Shown piece by piece: positions 54,060 through 64,000 of a stretch of DNA of 64,000 nt. Positions within the stretch are counted from its first letter, which is position 1. Every line of letters starts with the position of its first letter. The position numbers were made by a program, and so were the translations under genes. This stretch comes from Eledone cirrhosa (taxonomy: Eukaryota), in assembly GCA_964016885.1 (NCBI GenBank), contig OZ024741.1, forward strand, positions 389,856,001 through 389,920,000, in the 5' to 3' direction. A model generated the notes under the pieces. That model was not told the origin of the DNA. It saw only the letters and a list, made by a program, of their open reading frames with translations, and ran no database searches.

Positions 54060-55886
54060 CTACATTTTAAATTTAAATTTATATTTAAAAGTTGAATTTA
54101 ATCTATGTTTGCAGCAACTGAATAAATTTGTCCGTAGATTAAGGGAATTTTTAGATTTTAGTATAAAGAATATCTCCTCTGCGCAGAGGTCACATGTCTC
54201 AGAGGATGAATTAAAAGGAATCCCTCTTGAGACTATATTCCAAGCCGTCGAATATCTAACGTTATCTAGCTTAAGTTGCCAGAGTACGCCTGATAGTGCT
54301 GTTGAAGATTTTTTGCTTGGATCTGTGAAAGAATTCTTGTGGTTATTATAGCGAAGTTTAAATTCCGTCGATGTGGAACCGACGTAGTTAAAAGAATTAG
54401 AGTCAGTTTTAACATTACAATTGTATATTATATTTTTAACTAAGCAGTTGTTATTTAACGGACATTTAGATCTATCTCTACAGTTACATTTGTTAACTTG
54501 TATATTATTTATGCTATTACCACTAGGTTTTAAGTTCCTATTATTTATTCTATTAATATTTTGTGCTAAATTTTTGGTGGATGAGTAGGTTAATTTTATA
54601 GTATGTCTATTGAAAATTGAGTGATACCTATGTGTTCTAGGGAAGCGATTATCAAGAGCTTTAAAAAATAGTTTAGCGATGTGGGTTTTAATGTTTAGTG
54701 AGAAAGGGGGGGCAAACCAAATTATGTTCCTAGTTCTATTTCTTTTTTGGCTTTTGGAATTATTGTAATGCTTTCTATTATAGTTGTTAAGGTTGTTGCC
54801 GTAATTAAAATAGTTGTTATTTTGTTTAGTTTGTCTATCATTATCTATGTACATAATCTTATCACTATATCCTGCTCTAGCTAACGCTTCATTGTAGTAC
54901 TGGGCTTTTTCGTCGAAAATCTTTCTATTAGACGAGATTCTAGAGATACGTTTTTGAACAGAGTTTACTATAGTGTTTTTGACAGATCTGGGGTGGTTAG
55001 AGTTAAAGCTGACATAGTTTAAGTTTTCATTCAACTTGTGAAAAGGATAGTGAAGACATGTGTTGAGATTTAATGTTATATCTAGGAAATTGACTATTCT
55101 ATGGTTGTTCTCAATTTCTATTTTAAGATTAAAGTAATTAAAAAATTGTGTAATTTGTTTACTTTTTCTATTTAGTTCAGAGTTATTATTATCAATAAGT
55201 AAAAGCATGTCATCTCTATATAAACCTCCGGTAGTACCAGGTATTTTCCTATGTAGCGAATTGATTAAAAATAAGCCCACAAGGTCAGTTACCTGAGCTG
55301 AGTCGGATGATCCCATAGTAATGTCAAAATTGCTATCTCTATCTGTCCATAGTTGGTCATTAAATTCTATCAATGTTTTCCTAGCCGATAATATAATGTG
55401 CATTTCATTGCTAGTTAGGTCTGTATGTTTGAATGCGTAATTTAGTGCCTTATTTAGTAGATTAGGGGTAATAGAAGAATAATAGTTAGCAATATCAAGT
55501 TGAATAAACTTATTATTATTGTTATATTTAATTTGCTTAAACCACTCAACAACCTCTCCAGTTCCCTTCCACAAGCTCAGGTTAGGTAAACAATCCAAGT
55601 TCTTAATTTGCTGTATCACCCTGTCAAGAATGTTTTTGCTTAATTTGCCCAGGTCCGATTTTGATGGTGTGATCAATCTAACTGGCAAGTCATTTTCAAA
55701 ATTCCTTTTGTGATCTTTCATATTGATCTTCGGTTTCCTGGGCACGAAAGGTTGTGTTCTGTTCTCAATTTCCAACTCGTGCATTATACAAGATGCTTCG
55801 ACATTCATTTTCTCAAGCTCGGCCTTATCTGCTACCTTGTACTTTTTCCTCAGTTCCTTCAGTATGAGGCCATTATACATGTCTTT
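54060..55886 (-). CDS. Penelope-like RT with GIY-YIG endonuclease, 5'-truncated
   Basis: MKDHK, RLITPSKS, QLDIANYYSSI, MGSSDSAQVTDLVG, GLYRDDML, FLDITL, SNHP, WFAPPF, CNCRDRSKCPL..C, IIY...YVGST, CDLCAEE; the N-terminal ~19 aa of the track ORF come from the inverted arm. Confidence 0.9.
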   Translation of the reverse strand, partial: KDMYNGLILKELRKKYKVADKAELEKMNVEASCIMHELEIENRTQPFVPRKPKINMKDHKRNFENDLPVRLITPSKSDLGKLSKNILDRVIQQIKNLDCLPNLSLWKGTGEVVEWFKQIKYNNNNKFIQLDIANYYSSITPNLLNKALNYAFKHTDLTSNEMHIILSARKTLIEFNDQLWTDRDSNFDITMGSSDSAQVTDLVGLFLINSLHRKIPGTTGGLYRDDMLLLIDNNNSELNRKSKQITQFFNYFNLKIEIENNHRIVNFLDITLNLNTCLHYPFHKLNENLNYVSFNSNHPRSVKNTIVNSVQKRISRISSNRKIFDEKAQYYNEALARAGYSDKIMYIDNDRQTKQNNNYFNYGNNLNNYNRKHYNNSKSQKRNRTRNIIWFAPPFSLNIKTHIAKLFFKALDNRFPRTHRYHSIFNRHTIKLTYSSTKNLAQNINRINNRNLKPSGNSINNIQVNKCNCRDRSKCPLNNNCLVKNIIYNCNVKTDSNSFNYVGSTSTEFKLRYNNHKNSFTDPSKKSSTALSGVLWQLKLDNVRYSTAWNIVSRGIPFNSSSETCDLCAEEIFFILKSKNSLNLRTNLFSCCKHRLNSTFKYKFKFKM

Positions 55887-56984
55887 CAAATTACACAATT
55901 TTTTAATTACTTTAATCTTAAAATAGAAATTGAGAACAACCATAGAATAGTCAATTTCCTAGATATAACATTAAATCTCAACACATGTCTTCACTATCCT
56001 TTTCACAAGTTGAATGAAAACTTAAACTATGTCAGCTTTAACTCTAACCACCCCAGATCTGTCAAAAACACTATAGTAAACTCTGTTCAAAAACGTATCT
56101 CTAGAATCTCGTCTAATAGAAAGATTTTCGACGAAAAAGCCCAGTACTACAATGAAGCGTTAGCTAGAGCAGGATATAGTGATAAGATTATGTACATAGA
56201 TAATGATAGACAAACTAAACAAAATAACAACTATTTTAATTACGGCAACAACCTTAACAACTATAATAGAAAGCATTACAATAATTCCAAAAGCCAAAAA
56301 AGAAATAGAACTAGGAACATAATTTGGTTTGCCCCCCCTTTCTCACTAAACATTAAAACCCACATCGCTAAACTATTTTTTAAAGCTCTTGATAATCGCT
56401 TCCCTAGAACACATAGGTATCACTCAATTTTCAATAGACATACTATAAAATTAACCTACTCATCCACCAAAAATTTAGCACAAAATATTAATAGAATAAA
56501 TAATAGGAACTTAAAACCTAGTGGTAATAGCATAAATAATATACAAGTTAACAAATGTAACTGTAGAGATAGATCTAAATGTCCGTTAAATAACAACTGC
56601 TTAGTTAAAAATATAATATACAATTGTAATGTTAAAACTGACTCTAATTCTTTTAACTACGTCGGTTCCACATCGACGGAATTTAAACTTCGCTATAATA
56701 ACCACAAGAATTCTTTCACAGATCCAAGCAAAAAATCTTCAACAGCACTATCAGGCGTACTCTGGCAACTTAAGCTAGATAACGTTAGATATTCGACGGC
56801 TTGGAATATAGTCTCAAGAGGGATTCCTTTTAATTCATCCTCTGAGACATGTGACCTCTGCGCAGAGGAGATATTCTTTATACTAAAATCTAAAAATTCC
56901 CTTAATCTACGGACAAATTTATTCAGTTGCTGCAAACATAGATTAAATTCAACTTTTAAATATAAATTTAAATTTAAAATGTAG
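55887..56984 (+). pseudogene. Inverted duplicate of the C-terminal RT thumb and GIY-YIG region
   Basis: Translation identical to the 54060 ORF from QITQFFNYF onward; lacks the catalytic YRDD. Confidence 0.88.
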
Positions 56985-58334
56985 TATATTTAGTTTGATT
57001 TATAATTATTTGGGAAACGAGCCGATAAATCTTTCGATTTCTTCTTTTTATTCTTCTTTTTATTTTTATTTTTATTTTTATTTTTATTTAAACATTCTTC
57101 ATGAAAAATTAAACTACCCTAAAAGTTGATGCTCCAAATATTTCGAATAAACGTTACACTAGATAAACTTCTATATTAAATATAAGAACGCATGTAGACC
57201 AAATGGGCATCCTAAACTTTTTGAAATGATTTTTGCTAGACGCGATTTGATAAATAATTTTTAGCTTTATCTGTTTTCGACTCTGATGCTTATAATGAAC
57301 TTGGCAATATATTGTCAATTAATTTTGAAGGGTTGATCTTTGTGGTTTATTTTTATTATTGTAGTATTTTCTAATATTTTTATTTTTAATATGTAATATT
57401 TTTTCGTAATATTTTTTAGTTTTCTATTTTATTATTATTTATTATTATTATTATTATTATTATTTTTTGTTTTTGTTTCTGATATTTTTTTTATTAATAT
57501 ATTTTTTATTAATATATTGAGATCTGTTCTCTATTTCTGCTTGATAGATAATCATGTAGAGTAAAGACAAGAATAGTATTGTTAAAATTAATATAGACTC
57601 TATATATATGTGTATATATATACACATATATGTATACTTAAATTTTTATAGCACAATGAGAATGTTCTCCGTGTGAAATTGGGGTTTGCAGAGTTGATCA
57701 CGTAAATTCACATCGATGTTTGTAGTTATCATATAAACATATGAATTTTTAAAACTAAACATAAGATCATTACTTTTCACACATTATGGACACGTGTCTC
57801 ATTCAGGAATACTGATATTTACATTATAGTGCCTGGTTTTTATACATACTAATACTTCTACATTAAAACATAGGGTTTTTATGCCTCGCCTATGTCTGGT
57901 TACTTTTCATTTTTCTCTCTATATAACAGCTGGTTTCTCTCCTAACCACATATATCTCCCTTACATTAATACTAGAGCTAAATAAATAAATAAATAAATA
58001 AATGTATCATTGATACGTTTATTCAACGGATGTCCATCTACCTACTTTTCTCTATATATATCTATCTCTATCTATTTCCTCTCTCTATATATATCTCTCT
58101 CTGTTTCTTTACATGAAGTTCTTCTCTTTATCTATCTTTCCATCTCTCTATTTTGTTACATGCATTTCTTCTTTTTCTTCTTTTTCTTCGTTTTCTTTCT
58201 TTCTTTTCTTTCTTTCCTTCTCTCTCTTTCTTTCTTTTTGTTTACAATTTTTTCACTGCCAAATCAACTTTTCAAATACAAGTCGATGTTGAACGGTATG
58301 TCAAATCTATTTATCTATAAAACTGTCTATATTG

Positions 58335-58400
58335 TATTTTGTCTGAGGAAGGCATAGCATATTGTTAATATGATATCCCTGAAATATATATAATGAAATA
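58335..58400 (+). ncRNA. Type I hammerhead ribozyme in the Penelope-like 3' terminus
   Basis: TATTTTGT-CTGAGGA-AGG(..CATATT GTT AATATG..)CCT-GAAA-TATATA-TA-ATGAAATA; stem I is 8 bp with two G-U pairs; predicted cut after 58392. Confidence 0.78.
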
Positions 58401-58539
58401 AATATGGTTTTATAAATATAGTTTCCATTTATTTAATATCGTAAATATACTCCAAATACTTGTTGAGTGCTTTTATATCAGTTATAAATATTTACTAGTT
58501 GTAACCCAACAATTTAAATATAACTTTCCATATATGTAT

Positions 58540-58697
58540 CATCATCATCATCATCATCACCGTTTTACGTCCGTTCTTCCACGCTAGCATGGGTTAGACG
58601 GGTTGTCCTGTTGTGGGCAGTGTCTGGTCGGCTGACCATGCCTTGCTCATACAGGAACTGATCTGGCTTGATTTCTACAGCTGGATGCCCTTCCTAT
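58540..58697 (-). mobile_element. RTE 3'UTR tip
   Basis: Matches 35284-35437. Confidence 0.8.
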
Positions 58698-58730
58698 GTA
58701 TATATGTATATATATATATGTGTGTATGTA

Positions 58731-59550
58731 TTGAATAAGAAAAAGCGAAGTAGTTTCACATGTTAAAGTCCTTTAATGATAATGCTGTGATACATATTTC
58801 AATGACGACAGTGGCGACATGCTGTCTGATGATGTCACGGCACTGGGTATACTGAAGCGTGTGGCCACTTTTTAATCTTTAATTTTTAATCTTTAATTTT
58901 TAATTTCTAATTTTCAATCATAATTTCCACTGTGAAACCATAATACCTAGAAATAAGTATATATTCTCTTAACGGGTGATGGTCAATTCTATTGTCCATG
59001 CTTAATTTAGGGGTAGTATTGACACCTATTGAAACTCATACTCTCCCACCCCCACTAGGTTTCGGCCAACTGCCACTGGCAGGGCAACTAGCAGTAAACT
59101 ATAACCGTGTCATATTACAGACCTGGATGGGGTGATTGTTTGGTTGAGAGGGGGACCTGCCTAGGCGAGTTTCGTAGAACTTTGGGGTAGTTGATGGTCA
59201 ACTTCCTTCAGACTTGCGCCTGCGCAGATCGGTGGGGGTGAATTGGGACTCACAAGGGAACGGGTGAAGAATTCAAGAACACACACTTTGTCCGTTCCGA
59301 TGTCGATTCAATTTGGATTGCCTCGGAAACATAACCTTATTATGTAGGAAGCTGTCTGATGATGTCACGGCACTGGGTACACCGAACCGTGTGACCACTG
59401 TTGTCATTGAAATATGTATCACAGCATTATCATTAAAGGACTTCAACATCTGAAACTACTTCGCATTTTCTTATTCGATATATACTCCGTCACTCCTATG
59501 TGGAAAAAGTACGTTGAGTGCTTGAACTGAATTGCATCAATGTTTACCTT
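58731..59550 (+). mobile_element. Non-autonomous hammerhead-bearing Penelope-like / retrozyme-like element
   Basis: Direct repeat 58821-58869 / 59351-59399 (period 530); inverted repeat 58731-58814 / 59396-59478; tail 59479-59550; no ORF. Confidence 0.7.
59351..59425 (+). ncRNA. Type I hammerhead ribozyme with long stem II
   Basis: GCTGT-CTGATGA-[ACGGCA/TGTTGT, TGG/CCA, TACAC/GTGTG]-GAAA-TATGT-ATC-ACAGC; stem I GCTGT/ACAGC is perfect. Confidence 0.72.
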
Positions 59551-59620
59551 ATGTATATATATGTATGTATATATGTGTGTGTGTGTATATATATGTATGT
59601 GTGTGTATATATATATATAT

Positions 59621-59968
59621 GGAGGCACATGGCTTAGTGGTTAGAGCATTGGCCGTGCAATCGAAAGGTTGTGAGTTCAATTCTCACACCGGGTGATGTG
59701 TTGTTTCCTTGAGCAAGACACTTTATTTCACATTGCTCCAGTTTACTCAGCTGTAGAAATGAGATGATAGGGACTGGGGTCCATATCATTCCACTGTAAA
59801 GTGGTCGTGGAGGTGCCACGGCAAAAAAGCACCCAGCACTCACTATAAATGAGATTAGTGTTAGGAAGGGCATCCAGCTGTAGAAATCAAGCCAGAATCA
59901 GTTCCCGTCCCACCCTTGCAAGCAGGGAAAAAGCAGACGTAAAATGAAATGATGATGATGATGATGAT
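59621..59968 (+). mobile_element. tRNA-derived SINE with RTE-type tail
   Basis: Same family as 14433-14770. Confidence 0.88.
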
Positions 59969-60092
59969 ACATATACATATCTAATCTAAAGTCTGTCTCA
60001 AGCCAGAAGGCTCGTTAGGCCGGTGCTTATCCTGGTTTTGTGGCGAGAAGTGACTGAGGGCACAAGACTCCTCCCTGGATAGGACACCAGTC

Positions 60093-61005
60093 TATTGCAT
60101 GGTTAAGTCAGTTTCCAGACGCTGGAGCTTCAGTCTATCCATGCCCAGGTAAGCAAGGTGTTCAGAGTATGGTAGATGCCTGATGGAGGGCATTCGCTTA
60201 GTTGCACGTCTCTGAACAGTTTCCAGTAGGTCAATGTTCTGACCAAGAAATGGGTTCCAGACTGGTGATGCAAATTCTAAGTGTAGCCGCACCATAGCTA
60301 TCTACAGCTTTAAATAGATATCTGGAGAGCGGCTGACAAAGGTCTTGCTGGGTGATGTTAAGACACCCTCCGCCTTCTTAATAATTTTAGAGATGTGATT
60401 TGTCCAACTCAAATCGCTGTTGACCGTAATGCCCAGGTCACGTTCACAAGAAGACTTCTTGATATTAGTGTTGTGGAGAGAGTATGTGGACGCTGAGTTT
60501 TTCCTCCCAAAATGCATGGTGGAACACTTGTCCACAGCCAGCTTGAGTTGCCAGTCGATGATCCATTGCTGCATTGTGTCCAGGTCAGATTGCAGGAAAG
60601 ATCTATAGTGTTCAGCAGCTGTCCTTTTTATCTCAAGGTACAGCTTGATGTCATCTGCATATTTCAGCACTGTGGCGTTCTTTAAGTTGGCATCTATGTC
60701 ATTAATATATGCAATAAATAAAAGGAGATCAAGAACAGATCCCTGTGGTACACCAGCTGACATGTCATACGGTGAAGAATGCTGTCCTAAAACCGTGACT
60801 ACCTCTTTTTGACTGAGAATGAAGGACTTCAACCATTTAAAAAGTTCATCTTTCACACCCATTGCAGAGGGTTTTGCCATAAGCCTTTTGTGTGGCACAG
60901 AATTGAAAGCTTTCGCAAAGTCAAGGTAAACAACATCCACCCATGAGTCGCCATCAGTGATCCAGGTGATGTATTCAAGAAACTCGCTAAGTTGATCATA
61001 GCAAC
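60093..61005 (-). mobile_element. CR1-clade LINE RT fragment
   Basis: DVVYLDFAKAFNSVPHKRL, GVPQGSVL, KYADDIKLY, ERDLGI, LETVQRRATK. Confidence 0.92.
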
Positions 61006-61089
61006 TAAATATATATATTGATGGTGATGCTTGGATATTCCAATGTATGTATGTGTGTGTGTATATATATGTGTATGTATGTTGACTTG

Positions 61090-61400
61090 TTCTTCTTTTT
61101 GGTAAATATCATCTTGGTTAAGAGAGTGGGGCTGGCTTTGTGCAGTGCCTTTGCTCACTATAAAAGCTTCACGGCACAGGCATTGCTTTATATCTGGAGA
61201 TCTCTCTGCACTTGTCGTCACATGGTACCATGGGCCTAGCACTATGTGTCAATAATTGTCACAAGTGTAGTGTTTGTACCAGAGTTTTCAAGTCGCTGGC
61301 TGAACTAAAGTCACATTCGTTCAGCGCATCGGTAGGAGTTCTCCTACATGGATATAAAGTAGTGGCCATACTCGAAAACGAGTTGGCAGCCACCACCATG
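61090..61400 (+). mobile_element. 3' end of an RTE-like LINE with terminal zinc finger (related copy ~52370-52580)
   Basis: CSVCTRVFKSLAELKSH; shared TTA.AGAGAGTGGG..AAAAGCTTCAC..CACAGGCAT and GAGTTG...CCA.CA end. Confidence 0.5.
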
Positions 61401-61463
61401 TATGTATATATATATATGTATATATATATATGTATATATAAACACACACACACACACGCGCGC

Positions 61464-61498
<35 letters not shown>

Positions 61499-61849
61499 CA
61501 AGTACGAACAACAAAAAATACACTGATACTTTCATATTTTCATTTAATATTGTTTTTTTTTTCACAAGTGTGAGTGAGTCTGTGCAGGCCTCTGTGTGAG
61601 TCTACACTTTTTTTCTCTCCTTTTATCATCTTGTCTCATCTATGCATTGATGATTTGCAGCTGGAATCTAAAATTTTTTTTTTTTTTTCTATTATTTTCC
61701 TTATTTTTAATTTGTTAAAATACCACTATATATGTGTTGGTATCAGTGTCTTTATGTTTGTGTGTGTGTATATATAAAAATAGTGTGCATATATATATAC
61801 ACATACATGTGTGCGAATGTATGAATGTATGTATATATAAATATATATA

Positions 61850-63120
61850 CAGGGTGCGGACGATATTTGTTTGCAAGATTACTGTCTAGGAAAAAATAAC
61901 ACAGTAGTTTTATTTTTTAAGATATATTTATCAAACTTGGGTCAGTTTGTCTTCATGACTTGTTCTTTCGATCTCACTTGATAAACCCGCCATTGGCTTT
62001 GATGACGACCTCAAGGCGGCCTCGGAACCGGCTACAAGCCTTCGTCACTGTACCCGACTTAGGCCCTTAAAGGCACCTGTGATCCTGGCTTTCAGATCGT
62101 CTTTCGTATTGCAGTTAGATCTGTTGGTGTCTCGTTCAACTGCGCCCCACACAAAGAAGTCGAGGGGGTTGCAGTCAGGTGAGCTGGGAAGCCAGATGTC
62201 AGGTGAAGTGTGGTCGACGAAATTCTCTGACAGCCAGGCTTGGGTCTTTCGGTGTGTATGGCAGGGCGCTGAGTCTTGCTGCCACACGTACGGCCTACCT
62301 GCAGCTACCCTACCTGGTCGATCCAGGGCTTCACTACCTCACTCAGTACGCGGATGTAGCAATCGGTGTTCAGCTTGAGGCCCTCAGGGAAGAAGTGAGG
62401 TGGCATGACATCACCTTGATTGCTGACGACACCTAAGACCAATGTTGTCGCTGGAAACTTTGTCTGCATGACTCTGGGCACGTCTTTGGGTGAGACAGCG
62501 AGCCACCTGTTGTTCTGGGAGTTGATCTTCTGGTCTTGGCATGTCTTGGCATGTCTGGCTCCAGTGGATGTTTCAGCTTGTTGATCAGCTTCTTTGCGTG
62601 CTTCAGTCGCTTTTCTTGCATCGCCTTTGACAGAAATTGTCCTTTCCTCATCTTGTATGAAATGTAGCGAATGTCTTCATGTACCACCAACCTAATGAGC
62701 TTTTCATCCACGCCTTTCTCCCTTGCAATGGCACGCATCGACTTGCTAGGTTCATTGTTGATGATATCCTGAACTTCAGTGACAAACTCAGGCGTTCTGA
62801 AGGCATCAGATCGTCGATCATGTGTTTTCCTCTTTGATGTTGTTTCGTAGTCGAATCCTGAATCTTCCAATTCCTTTCTGACCTTTTCCACCATTCTCCT
62901 GCTGAAATTTCCTTATTTGTCCTCCCGGCGTGGATTCCAAGAAGAACTCCGTGTCTCTTCCACAAATTTGGTTCAAAATTATTCATAATCAATTATTCTG
63001 AAAATAAATAATGGAAATATAGTCACTGTTTTTATGAAGACAAGAGTGACAACGGAAGTAAAAATAAATTTGCATAAAATTAGCTGTTGAAAATTGCGAA
63101 CAAATATCGTCCACACCCTG
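61850..63120 (-). mobile_element. Tc1/mariner DD37D (maT-type) transposon, frameshifted
   Basis: 27-bp TIRs CAGGGTGCGGACGATATTTGTTTGCAA / TTGCGAACAAATATCGTCCACACCCTG; TA TSDs; WQQDSAPCH...SPDCNPLD with 37 residues between the two Asp. Confidence 0.9.
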
Positions 63121-63159
63121 TATATACATGTGTTTGTATGAATGTATATGTGTGTATCT

Positions 63160-63510
63160 TAGTTCCTCCAGTCCCTTGTGGAACATTGGGCGACGAGCTT
63201 CCTCCACTTGATCCTGTCACTGGCGGCCCTTCTAGCACATCTCCAGGTAATTCCCATCTCCCGCAGGTCCTCCCTGAATGTGCTCCGCCATGTTTTCGTG
63301 GTCTTCCCCGTTCTCTCTTGCCACCTTCTGGTACCCAATCCATGGCAATATGAGCAGGTCGATCTGCCGGCAAACGAAGGATGTGGCCCGTGAACCGCCA
63401 TCTCCTTTTCCGGACAATGTCCCTTAACCTCTCCAATCCTGACCTCCTCATCATTTCCTCTGTTGCTAACTTGGTCTCTCCATGAAATTTTCAATATGGT
63501 CCAAATGCAA
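63160..63510 (-). mobile_element. RTE-like LINE 3' fragment (third subfamily)
   Basis: ILKISWRDQVSN, RRWRFTGHILRLP, W.PEGGKRERGRP, TWRST, DRIKWRKLV. Confidence 0.85.
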
Positions 63511-64000
63511 CGTAATCTTCACTTTGCTACCATTTTGGCCGAAAAAATTTTCCAGGATTCATAAAAATAGATTCTCTTGCCCCTCAAAATCGCTATTACT
63601 CCCACTCTCTCTAACATATACGTCCCTCTCGCTATCTCACTCCCTAATATAAATAAGAATGTTACGAAGGACAAAATCTCAGAATTTGTCAACTCTTATT
63701 AAATGGTCAGTCGATTTCTACGAAAATGTAATGTATAATATAACATTTTCTTCTTGTCTCCTAAACCTGGTTCATTCATCCATATATATCTACAATCGTT
63801 GTTTTCCTATAATTCCGTCTCACTGTTCTAAATAATCTTCTCCACGCTTGTTCTAAATAATCTTCTCTTTGCTAATTACCCCATTCCCCTCCCGCCCCCA
63901 CTCTCCACCTTTACAATTTGGACCAATCACAAGTCAACGGCCTATGCTATCACTTCTGGCTGCTTTTCAATATGATGGATGGACTAAGGAATTTCTGGAG

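Larger units (their letters stand above)
52601..58530. mobile_element. Penelope-like element (Naiad-type) inserted as a giant inverted duplication
   Basis: Arms 52601-55157 and 55887-58443 (2557 bp each), spacer 55158-55886, unpaired tail 58444-58530. Confidence 0.92.

Noticed and set aside
55710-55943. Novel N-termini on the 424-aa and 627-aa ORFs
   Set aside because: Antisense read-through across the inversion junction at 55886/55887
44095-56984. Selenoprotein-type Naiad (in-frame UGA plus SECIS)
   Set aside because: Both RT-GIY-YIG frames are uninterrupted with normal Cys codons in the CNC and CxxC motifs; no convincing SECIS stem seen

Overview
AT-rich, microsatellite-dense eukaryotic DNA made almost entirely of transposable elements. 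The repeat inventory suggests a cephalopod such as Octopus; this is an inference from repeat style, not a database result. I see no convincing host protein-coding exon, and most ORF-track entries are (TA)n/(CA)n/(TTC)n or antisense artefacts. Identifiable elements: a near-complete RTE LINE (one nonsense codon) with a ~550-bp tandem array at its 5' end; many RTE, CR1, R4/Dong and Tx1 fragments; two tRNA-derived SINE families; four non-autonomous Helitrons; a DD37D (maT) Tc1/mariner; an LTR with a primer-binding site; and two Penelope-like (Naiad-type, RT plus GIY-YIG) elements. The most interesting signal is a Penelope-associated system. It has a recurring 'inverted arm / arm / short unpaired tail' architecture inserted in (TA)n, ranging from a 2.56-kb apparently perfect inverted repeat down to ~190-bp non-coding mini-palindromes with related tails. 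It also includes about seven hammerhead-ribozyme motifs (some with a U3-A8 variant core), a ~530-nt retrozyme-like unit, and a Penelope 3' segment carried inside a Helitron family. Boundaries were read by eye and are approximate unless termini are quoted.
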